From contig JBODTK010000158.1 in NCBI GenBank assembly GCA_050613775.1, positions 372,001 to 400,637 on the forward strand: DNA of 28,637 nucleotides. Direction: 5' to 3'. The first letter of the stretch is position 1. Each line of letters starts with the position of its first letter. Of the stretch, positions 1-9,700 are shown piece after piece. This stretch comes from Neocallimastix sp. 'constans' (lineage: Eukaryota). A program made the position numbers and the translations under genes. Below the pieces are notes generated by a model. The model saw only the letters and a list, made by a program, of their open reading frames with translations. It ran no database searches and was not told where the DNA came from.

Positions 1-2
1 AT

Positions 3-1247
3 AGGTGCAATTTCTTCAATTAAACCTTGATCATTAAATCGACAAAGACTATATCTAATTGGATGTATAAATAACTGGTTATCAATTTGAGTTTTGAGGT
101 TGATTAATATATCATAGAATGGATCCTCCTTGTCTATAATTCTACACGTAACAAGTAGTTCTAGTTCATTAATTTTTACGGGAACTTTGATTAACACATC
201 TTCTGAGTAATCATCATTCATCGTTGCTAAACGTATTCGTCCTGCACTAACTCCTATAGGTTCATACTGATAAGGTAATTTATCTAAAAATTGCTTTGTG
301 ATAATACTTAAGTTGCTACATGAATCTATTAAAGCCTTACCACGAATTCCATCTACTATTACATCAACCATAGCAATATCATCTTCTTGTGGTTCATGAT
401 GTTTACTTTTATATGTATGATCTATATTGTTCGTTATTATTGTAGTAGCACACATATTATCCACTGCACCTGAAATTTTAGTATTATTCTTTTCTAATTT
501 AAGTCCTTGTGATACTTGAGACCGTATCTTTGGAGCAACGTCCAATAATTGTCCAAATGTAATATTGCAATTACTGGAGTTTAAATCTTTGATCACGTCA
601 TAACTATCACAATCAGTTTGCATTTGTATTCTTCTTGGAATTCTAGTTGGCATAATTTCAGTTGACTTTTCTGATGATTTTTCTTGAATTAATTTATTTA
701 AAGTTTGTTTAGAATTATTTTCTTCCTGAGAAGTTTCTTCATTAATAACATTAACATTACTATTATTATTATTATTTTCCACAGAAGTACTAGTACTAGC
801 TCTTTCCTTATCTCTTAGCTCTTTCTCAATTCTCATTTCTTTTTCTATTCTAGGTTGAACCATAATCGAAGGATGTAATTGAGTTGTTGGCTTTTTGACT
901 GGTCGCGATGTTCCCCTTAATTGATTTTCTTTTTGTTTTCGTAAACCTGGAGTAACTATTGGCTTAGGATCATCTCTTAGACTACGGTGAACCCTCTTTT
1001 CTCTTTGGTCACTAGTCTCTTCATCTTTATGATTTGCCTTTCTCTTTATAACGTTTACTAAGTAATTCAATTCTTTGGAACCATCCGACTTATCATCAAA
1101 ATCTTCGTAATAATCCGTAGTAGTACCTTCTTGGAAATCAGCAGTTTCTTCATAATCATCATCTTCTTTTAAGTCAACTATTTTGGGACGATGGCAGACT
1201 GAAGCAATTTTTTTGACGATGGGAGTGCTTCTACTCCCTTTTAGTGG
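3..1247 (-). CDS. pol: Element C pol ORF, 5' part (long N-terminal spacer + retropepsin-like protease), entered by -1 frameshift from gag; truncated by window edge
   Basis: Not in the ORF track. Manual translation of the -1 frame after TTTAAAC (PLKGSRSTPIVKKIASVCHRPK...YDVIKDLNSSNCNITFGQLLDVAPKIRSQV...IAMVDVIVDGIRGKALIDSCSNLSIITKQFLDKL...DPFYDILINLKTQ...) shows no stop down to position 3. Protease-like context KALID(SC)SNLSII. Confidence 0.85.
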
Positions 1248-1253
1248 TTTAAA
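1201..1253 (-). promoter_or_regulatory. -1 programmed ribosomal frameshift signal: slippery U UUA AAC + H-type pseudoknot
   Basis: T TTA AAC at 1253-1247 is in the gag frame (H-L-N-H-stop). An 8-nt spacer follows, then stem1 GGGAGT(1238-1233)/ACTCCC(1226-1221) and stem2 GAAGC(1231-1227)/GCTTC(1205-1201). The -1 frame is the open pol frame. Confidence 0.85.
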
Positions 1254-2158
1254 TGATTTTCATAAAACTTCTTGCGGTTATTTTCCAATATAGAATTTAA
1301 TTTAGGACAGTTTCGTTTGGTATGTCCTTCATTGCTACAAAACCAGCAAGTACTAATTTTCATTTCTTTCATCTTGTTAGTGATATTTTCTATAGATACA
1401 TTTTTGTGGGTTTTTGGTTTGTTAAAATCATTTGAAATGTTCTTATTAAAATTACTTTTAGAGTTAAGGAGATTGTAATGAGTCTTATCATAATATTCAG
1501 TACTATTTTTAATAGATAAACGATCAACTTTTTCGGCTATAGCGAACGCTTTGGTAATAGAAATATTGTCTTTAAGCATAACCTTTCTCCATGCGTCAGG
1601 ATTATTGGTTAAGGAATCTGCATAATCTAAAACACTAATTTTTCTTCTTCTCTTTTTATCCAATTTATGGTACAAAGATCTATAACGGACATTAAAATCT
1701 TTAACTTTCTCGTTCTTCTTTATTTTCATGGAACGTAATTCTCGTAACAAATTGGTTTGATCTTCTTTAAGTCCATAGAAAGTCTTCAGATGATTTATGA
1801 TTTCATCAAGGCTTGGGTAGGTGCTAGTAGATTCACTTTCTTCATCATCTTCTCCTTCACTATCGCTATCGAAATCAGAATCTTCATCTTCAATAAGGTC
1901 ATTTCCATCTTCTAGTTCTTGGATAATTTCTCTTGGTTCTCCAGAAGCCGTTAATATACAAGCAGTAAAAATAGTTTCAGGATCCTTGATATGTTGGTAT
2001 TTTATCCATGCCTTTAACTCGTTTGCCCAGGAATTGATGTCTAGGTTTTGTTTAGTAAGCTTTTCAAAATCTTTTAATTCTTTCTTTAATTCTCGGAAGC
2101 TAAGCTTACTTTCTGGAGTACTCTCTGTTGGAGTACTGGAAGTACTGGATGTTCTCAT
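1241..2158 (-). CDS. gag: Element C Gag (capsid-like region, acidic insert, C-terminal CCHC zinc knuckle)
   Basis: 305-aa ORF with CWFCSNEGHTKRNC knuckle and MHR-like LRSMKIKKNEKVKDFNVRYRSL; followed by the frameshifted protease ORF. Confidence 0.88.
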   Translation of the reverse strand: MRTSSTSSTPTESTPESKLSFRELKKELKDFEKLTKQNLDINSWANELKAWIKYQHIKDPETIFTACILTASGEPREIIQELEDGNDLIEDEDSDFDSDSEGEDDEESESTSTYPSLDEIINHLKTFYGLKEDQTNLLRELRSMKIKKNEKVKDFNVRYRSLYHKLDKKRRRKISVLDYADSLTNNPDAWRKVMLKDNISITKAFAIAEKVDRLSIKNSTEYYDKTHYNLLNSKSNFNKNISNDFNKPKTHKNVSIENITNKMKEMKISTCWFCSNEGHTKRNCPKLNSILENNRKKFYENHLNH

Positions 2159-2636
2159 TAAATAAAATTTATTGTATCTATAGAATGCTAAACCTCGTAA
2201 TGTATAAATTGTTATAAAAAGTAAAAATAAAAAAAAAATTAAAAAAAATAAATCTTTTAACTAATAAAATTATTAATTATTTATTATTATTAATCATTTA
2301 TTAAATTATAATAATCGTGCAATCTGATAGTACACACTGTCTGACGTGCAGCTTACCTCTTGAAAGGTGTCATGCCACGCGTGTGCCACGGTTACTATTT
2401 TCAATATAAAAAATAGCAGTCCAGAGCCTACTAGCCCAATTACTATGTAGGATAAACTTAACCCGGAAATCTATGCACGAATATTAGTTTAATTTAATAT
2501 TAATTAATATTTTTAACAATTAATAATAATTAGTTAAAAATATAAAAATTGTTTTTTAAAAAATTATTTGTTTTATTAGAAAAATTATTTATTAATATTA
2601 TAATTTTATCCCTAATGTATTAATTTATTATTATAT

Positions 2637-2654
2637 TCCCCGATATCTCCACCA
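2637..2654 (-). promoter_or_regulatory. Primer binding site, tRNA-Ala-like (TGGTGGAGATATCGGGGA)
   Basis: 18 nt beginning TGG. The complement TCCCCGATATCTCCACCA resembles eukaryotic tRNA-Ala 3' ends (...UCCCCGGCAUCUCCACCA, from memory). It lies ~480 nt upstream of the gag ATG. Confidence 0.7.
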
Positions 2655-2657
2655 ATT

Positions 2658-4083
2658 TTTCATGGCATGGTTCATATAATTTTAGGAATATAATAATAAT
2701 TAACACAAATAAAAAAATTACAATAAAAAAAAAAATAATTTGTTTTAAAATCAATATTTATTTATTTAAATTTATAAAAGAAAAATAATAATATAATTAT
2801 TTATTTAATAAAAAGAAAGTTATTGATTATATTTTATTTCACTAAAATTACATGTATTTATATTTTTTTATCAAATTAAAATTTGTAAAGCCTAACTATT
2901 TTTTTAATAAACTAATTACTAATTATTTTTATAAATAAAACATTTAAATTGAAATTGAATTATTATTTTAGTTAATAATATTATTGTTATAAATAGTAGT
3001 TATATATTATTGAATTATTAATTATTTAATAATAGTTTAATACTAATATATATAAAATAAAAATAAAGAGATTATACAGAATATTTTATTGTGGTTTAGT
3101 TAAATTTAGTAATTAAAAATAAATTTAAATTGATAACGAAAATTTTAATAACTAATTAAATAGATTTGATTATTTTCAATATAACATAATACAAAAGAAA
3201 TATAATATTAATATATTAAGTGGGCAAGGACAATATTCTTGGCTAAAGATTTTTAATACATTATAATGGAATCGGATCGATAATTCAAAAAGGAATTATA
3301 AGTTAATTAGTGATTTATTAACTTAAGATTTCTATTTAGTAATATTTGAAGAATATTGGAAAGTTCCAATTATATAGAATAGAATAATCTATAAGGTTAG
3401 AATAATTTATATTATTCTAGCACAATTAGTATTATTTGTTCATTCTGTATTATCAGTTAGTAAAATTAGAACCTTGGTTCAATTGTTAGTTACATTGACC
3501 ATGACCAATACTTCATGGGTTCGACTTACATCTCAACCCATTTTGCATAAATAATTATTTTATTAATTATTTTATTAATTATTAATAATATCTTCTTGAA
3601 TATTCTTTCTGTATAAAATTATAGAAAGTTAAAGATTCTTTCGGTTCGTAATTCAACCGAAATGAATTTAGAAATTCTTATTATATAAATTATTTTATTC
3701 TTTTTTGATAAGATTCATTTTCATCAATTAAAATCTATATTCTAGAAACTTTACATTATTAATTATTACAAACATATTTCTAAATATTTCTTTAAAATTA
3801 TTTTTACATGTTAAAACTGTTTTTCCGTTAAAAGTATAAATAGTGCGAACTTCACGAATGAAAATATTTTTCTTCGTGCTTTTATTAATAATAATTAACG
3901 TATAAGTAATTCGAAATATTACCTTGTTGATTAATATTAATAATTATTTTAAATTTTATAATTAATAAAAAATATTTCTAATAAAACGAATTATTTATAC
4001 AGATAGTGTAAACCTATTGAGTTTTCTCCTTTCTGTGTTTCTATATCTCATCCCGCCTTTACAATAGAAGCACCTCCGTTACA
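2658..4083 (-). repeat. Candidate 5' LTR of element C (~1.4 kb; partner not in window)
   Basis: Starts TGTAACGG exactly where LINE ORF homology ends; ends CCATGAAA + AAT just before the PBS. Internal nesting of other LTR pieces cannot be excluded. Confidence 0.45.
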
Positions 4084-5210
4084 CTTATAAAACCATCGGA
4101 GAGAACTTTGTTGCAAGAAAGTAAAATAGGTTTATGATCAGAAATACCATAAAACGAAGTACAAACCGAGGTTTTATTAATATGGGATGCCAAAGCCTCA
4201 TTATAGATGACATGATCAATGCAAGATGATCTAGTACCTTTAGCATAAGTAAATTGATTACCATATAAAGGAGCAATATACCAATTAAGAAAATTATTTG
4301 AAATGTATGTTTTGATCTTCTTTAATGATATGTTAAAGTCACCAACTAGGACAGCCGGAACATTTTTTCTATTGTGAAAACGTAGCCATTGAGAGAGTTC
4401 ATCAAAAGCAACTAATCTTGCTTCCTTCCACTTGCTTTGAGGGAAGTAGATATTACCAATAGTGCATTTTTGATTCCAAAAAGAAGTAATACTTACTGAA
4501 ATGATATATTTGTATAAAAACGGTTGTTGGAAGAAAGAGCACGAAGAATGAACACCAATAAAGAGTCCTCTCATACCAGGGGTTTTAGGATTAGCTTTAA
4601 GGAAAACTGAGTTGTAATATGGAATTAAAGGTGATGAAACATCTTTAGGTAGATATTTACTTTTTCCAGTTTCTTGTAGACAGATACATATAGGTTTAAA
4701 AGTAGAGTTGAGATACAAAATACTATCTCGCTTTTCAGTATTCCAACCGTTAATATTCCAACTAACACAGAGATTAAAGAAAAAAGAATTTGAATTTAGA
4801 TTACTAGAGAAAAAATCTTTTGCCATAGGATTAAGTTCAACATCAATGTTATTAGATTTTCTCGACTTGTTCTTTTGATTCAGTTTATTACACAAGGACC
4901 AGGTAATTTTAGCTGTTTCAGGAATTTCATCTCTTAAGAAATTTAAAACATAGAAAAAGATGAGATCATTTTTGTATTTATTAACCCTAATAATGAAGTA
5001 TGAGCCATACCTTGGAGAAAAAAGTTTTTTAGCATATGGAATAATTTCATTGTAGTAAGGGATCTTACTAATAACTTGTGCCATTAGTTTGCTAGGGGAC
5101 CAAGAATTAAGGTCATAAATGAAAAAAAGGCTATAATTATTCATATGATTTCCGAAGCAGTAGAAACCACGATGGAAGGGAGTAGTATTAACGGAACTAG
5201 AAGCATCCAT
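4059..5210 (-). pseudogene. Non-LTR retrotransposon (LINE) ORF: ~145-aa N-terminal extension + APE-type endonuclease, truncated at ~4084 by element C
   Basis: APE motifs VSWNINGWN, ICLQET, GNIYFP, LVGDFN, SCIDHVI, SDHKPI. The last residues (VTEVLLL) read into TGTAACGG LTR-like sequence; no RT follows. Confidence 0.85.
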
Positions 5211-5332
5211 GTTTAGAGTTAGTTGAGAAAAGAACTGACTTAATTTCTATTTAATATGAATTGATTATAAGGATTGAATACCAAAGAATTATATATAAAA
5301 TATTTAACATTTAAGTTTGCTGAATATATAAT

Positions 5333-5640
5333 TCTTAATGTAGTGTAAAGACTAATACATTCTTCTCGATTACGAAAACCATATTGTTCAGGTCTAATAA
5401 AGCCTTTATCAATTCCAAATTTAGAGATTCTATTAGCAATAATTTTTGCTATAATTTTTAATCCATTATTGATAAGAGAGATGCCACGATAGTTATTACA
5501 ATCTGATGGATCGCCCTTTTTATGAATAGAAACTATAGATGCATTATTCCATGATTTTGGGAAATCACCATTCCAAATACGATTGATTAAGGCTTTGAGA
5601 CATTTAAAGCCAGTAGAAATATTACTATTATTATCACTAC
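5333..5640 (-). pseudogene. LINE reverse transcriptase N-terminal fragment
   Basis: Manual translation: ...LKALINRIWNGDFPKSWNNASIVSIHKKGDPSDCNNYRGISLINNGLKIIAKIIANRISK...FIRPEQYGFRNREECISLYTTLR. These are non-LTR RT domain 0-2 motifs (KKGD..NYRGISL, EQYGFR). Confidence 0.88.
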
Positions 5641-5886
5641 TAATTTGCTAGTTGTGAGTTTCGTTACATGGCCCTCCTCTAGGATTCCTAGGATTCGGAT
5701 ACCAGATAAATCTCAAAACTAGGCTAAACTGTACTAAGAAAAATTTATTTAATTATATATAAATTATTTTAATAATTATTTGGTGTAAAATTTCAATACA
5801 TGATAATCATAAAAATACATTGTTAATAATAAAGTTATATGAATTTTAATAAATAAAATATTGATATTAATAAGAAAAAATAGTAA
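5641..5886 (-). mobile_element. Element B 3' UTR remainder, polypurine tract (5669-5680) and ~28-bp stub of 3' LTR (TGTAACGAAAC..., 5668 leftward)
   Basis: Minus strand AGAGGAGGGCCA|TGTAACG. Contiguous with the chromodomain fragment at 12681-13105 once element A and one TSD copy are removed. Confidence 0.65.
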
Positions 5887-5891
5887 GGTTT

Positions 5892-6665
5892 TATAAAGTT
5901 TTGATTTAAAAAATAGATTATAAGTCAAAAATTATAATAACACTAAATAACACAAAAATGTTTTATAAACAAATAAGTTTTATTATATTTAGATTTCAAA
6001 ATAATCTTTATTAATTATTAGTGTTATTAACAATAAATCGTTAATAACAATTACATCGATTAAAATACATGAAATTTGGTTAACTATTTATATTTTTATC
6101 TTATTACATTTATAATATATAATTCCTATTGAATTATATTATCTAACTATTTATTTAAAAACAATACTAACCTAAACTAATAATAAATAATTAACTATTA
6201 CTAAATAAAGAGAATTGTAATTAATAACTAAAATAAATATAAACAATTTCAATCGAGCTCATTTATTATTTATTTATTATTTAAATATTATTAATAAATT
6301 CTTATTATATTTTCTATTTAAAATTAATATAAAAGTTGTCATAATTATTTAATATGATTTTAGCATAAAATGCCGCAAGTTTCAACATGACTAATTGCAT
6401 AGTTTCATGTTGTTAATTTATCTTGTAAAAAAACCTTAACTCTTATTATTTAAATTAAATTACATAAAAAGAAATGATTTTCAATTACTAGTTTCACAAG
6501 AGAAATTTTTAATTTATTAATATGATTGGGAAGAAGTCGAAGTTTTGTTTAAAATTATTTGCAATAATTTTATACACGTGATTTTTAATAGATTTATTTC
6601 AATTTTACTTAAATTTATGATTAAATTTAATTAAAATTTATAAAGATATTAATAATATCTTTACA
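5892..6665 (-). repeat. 3' LTR of element A
   Basis: Direct repeat of 11902-12675 (offset 6010), no mismatch seen in line-by-line comparison; element-strand ends TGTAAAG...CTTTATA. Confidence 0.97.
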
Positions 6666-6677
6666 ATCTCGCCCCTT
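6666..6677 (-). promoter_or_regulatory. Polypurine tract of element A (AAGGGGCGAGAT)
   Basis: Purine-rich run directly 5' of the 3' LTR TGT on the minus strand, ~25 nt after the ORF stop. Confidence 0.8.
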
Positions 6678-6702
6678 AAGTCGAGCTCCTGCGAGATTAA
6701 CT

Positions 6703-9700
6703 TTAAGAAGGAAGATCAATTACAAAAGGTTGATATTTATGTCTAACATAGTACTCGTTTGCATCATCAGGTGGTTGACAGAATTCGTTGTTAACATTCG
6801 AAGATTTGTTCTTCTTTTCTTTTCTGTAATATTCTTGTATTAATTGTCTATCAAGAATTTGATCTTCATCAATCCAAGTATTTTCACTAAAATCGCATCC
6901 TTTCCATTTAATCAAGTAACGATTCTTATTGTTAAAGGTTTTCATTTTAATTATTCTTTCAGGAGTTCTATCAATTGTATCCGTATTAAGATTAATATTT
7001 CTTCTACGAGTATTTCTTCTGTTTGAAAATTCATTTTCATGGTAAGGTTCGAGAAGTGAAACATGAAATACAGGGTGACAACGCATATTATTAGGAAGTT
7101 TAAGTTCGTACGCTAAGTCACTAACTTTTCTTATTATTTCAAAAGGTCCTATTAGTTGATCAGATAATTTTCTATTTTTCTTTGTTGTATTACCCTTTAA
7201 AAGATAAACTTTATTTCCTACTTTAAAATCTGGAGAATCCATTCTTTTCAGATCTGCATATTTCTTATAAGTCTTTTTTGCTTGCTCTAAGTTTTCTTTT
7301 ATAAATTTAATGTTTTCATTAATATTTAATATTCTTTTCTCAGCTCTATGCGGATTCTCATTTGAAGGAATTTCAGGATTAAATTTCGGATTAAAACCAT
7401 AATTTGCAAAAAATGGTGATTGATTTATTGACTGTTGTAAAGTATTATTATAGGAAAATTCTGCAAAAGGTAATAAATCAAGCCAGTTATTTTGCTTTTC
7501 ATTGATGAAACAACGAAGATATTGTTCCAATATCGAGTTCACCCTCTCCGTTTGACCATCGGTCTGCGGGTGATAAGCAGTAGAAAAAGAATGCTTAATA
7601 TTTAAAAGAGAGCAAAGACGATTCCAAAAATCAGAGGTAAACTGAGAACCACGATCAGAAATAATAGAATCGGGGAAACCATGAAGTTTAAAAATATTAG
7701 CAATGAAAGAATCAGCAGCAATAGAAGCAGTAGGAAGACATCTAAAAGGTATAAAATGAGCCATTTTAGTTAAGCGATCCACAACAACCATTATAGTGGT
7801 CATATCTTTGGATTTCGGAAGTTCAACAATAAAATCCATAGAGATAGCAGACCAGGCTCTATTTGGTGTAGAAAGTGGAGAAAGTAAACCATATGGCTTA
7901 TGTCTTGGGATTTTGGATTTTGAACAAATTTCACAAGATTTAATAAACATTTTAACATCTTTTTGTAATTTAGGCCACCAGAAATTACGAGAAATAAGTT
8001 CAATAGTTTTATTAATTCCAAAATGACCAGCAGAAATAGAGTCATGATGGAGTTCTAAAACTCTTATTCTAATTTTATTGGGAACATAAATTAAATTTTC
8101 AAAAAGTAAATAACCATTTTTGTCAAGAGAAAATTTATCGATTTTACTAAAAGGGGGATCTTTTGATTTATCATTTTTAAGAAATTCAGTTATTTTGCAA
8201 TAGAATTCATCATTAGCTAGAGAATCATGAATAGAGGAGATTAAAGAATCATTCTTAAAACTACATGAATTAATAACGCATGAAATAGGACGAACACTAG
8301 CAAATAAATGATCACTACGTCTTGATAAAATATCTGGTTTACCTGACTTTTTACCAGCTCTGTAAATTAGTTTAAAATCAAATCTAGATAAGAATTCATA
8401 CCAACGAATTTGGCGTTGGGAAAGAAGTTCAGGTTTTCGAGGGAAAGTTAAATTCTTATGATCAGTATAAATAATAAACTGATGGCGAGCTCCTTCTAAG
8501 TAATGTCTCCATCCTTCCAATGCAACTTTAATAGCAAGAAGTTCTTTGTCATAGATAGGGTAATTTCTTTGGGATTTAGTTAAGCTAGTAGAAATAAAAG
8601 CAATTGGATGCAAATGCCCATCAAATTCCTGAGAAAGAATTGCACCAACAGCAAAATTACTAGCATCAGTTTCAACAATGAATTGTTTGTTGCTATCAGG
8701 ATGTTTCAAAATAGGAGCAGTAGTAAATAATTCTTTTAAAGTATCAAACGCTTTTTGTTGTTCAGAACTCCAATTAAAAGGAACATTTTTTCTAGTTAAT
8801 TTGTGGAGAGGATTTGCAATTTTCGCAAAGTCTTTAATAAAAATTCTGTAATAATTACAAAGTCCAATAAACGATTGAATTTCTTTAACGTTTGTTGGAA
8901 CAGGCCAATCTAAAATTGCTTTAACTTTTTCTTTATCCATTTTAATTCCATCTCTTGATAAAACATAACCAAGAAAGGTAGTTTCAGTTACATCAAATTC
9001 ACACTTTTCTAATTTAACAACTAAATGATTCTCTAACAATTTTCTTAAAACTTTCTTAACATGTACATGATGTTCTTCCAAAGTATTAGAATAAATTAAA
9101 ATGTCATCAATGTAAGAGATTACAAAATCATCTAAGTAATCACTGAGAACATCATTTATAAAATGTTGGAATGTAGCAGGGGCATTCTTAAGCCCAAAAG
9201 GCATAACGAGATATTCAAAGTGCCCGTATCTTGTACGAAAGGCAGTTTTGTACTCGTCACCTTCTTTAATTCTTACTAAGTTATAAGCAGATTTTAAATC
9301 TAACTTAGTAAAATATTTAGCACCTTTAACTCTATCCAACAATTCACTAATTAAAGGAAGTGGATAAGAGTTACGGATGGTCATTTCGTTCAATTTTCTA
9401 TAATCAATAACTAGTCTATAAGTACCATCCTTTTTTCTAACAAATAAAATAGGTGCACCAGCAGGAGAAGAAGATTTCCTAATAAAACCCTTTTTTAAAT
9501 TCTCTTCTAAATATTTCTTTAATTCTTCTCTCTCCGTTTCAGTTAAAGGGTACAACGGACCATAAAATAGACTACAATTATCTTTTAATTTAATTTCACA
9601 ATCATAATTACGATGCGGAGGTAACACATTACAATTATTTTCATTAAACACTTCTTTAAACATCAAATAGATTTCAGGTACTTCGACCTTTTCACCATCT

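Larger units (their letters stand above)
1..4083 (-). mobile_element. Ty3/gypsy-type LTR retrotransposon C (5' half; rest lies left of the window)
   Basis: Candidate LTR starting TGTAACGG at 4083, tRNA PBS, gag, -1 frameshift, protease ORF. RT/IN order is not visible, so the superfamily is inferred from the gag-frameshift-pol layout. Confidence 0.7.

Noticed and set aside
1272..2165. Plus-strand ORFs 1272-1478 and 1821-2165
   Set aside because: Antisense shadows of gag with no motifs.
2315..2480. GC-richer leader of element C as a possible ribozyme
   Set aside because: No hammerhead core (CUGAnGA...GAAA with stems) could be assembled by eye on either strand.
2637..2654. tRNA gene
   Set aside because: Only the 3' 18 nt including CCA are present, with no cloverleaf upstream; this fits a PBS.
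3521..3545. TGGGTTGAGA|TGTAAG as a further PPT/LTR start (similarly TGTAAAGG at 4063)
   Set aside because: No matching end or TSD found; cannot be supported.
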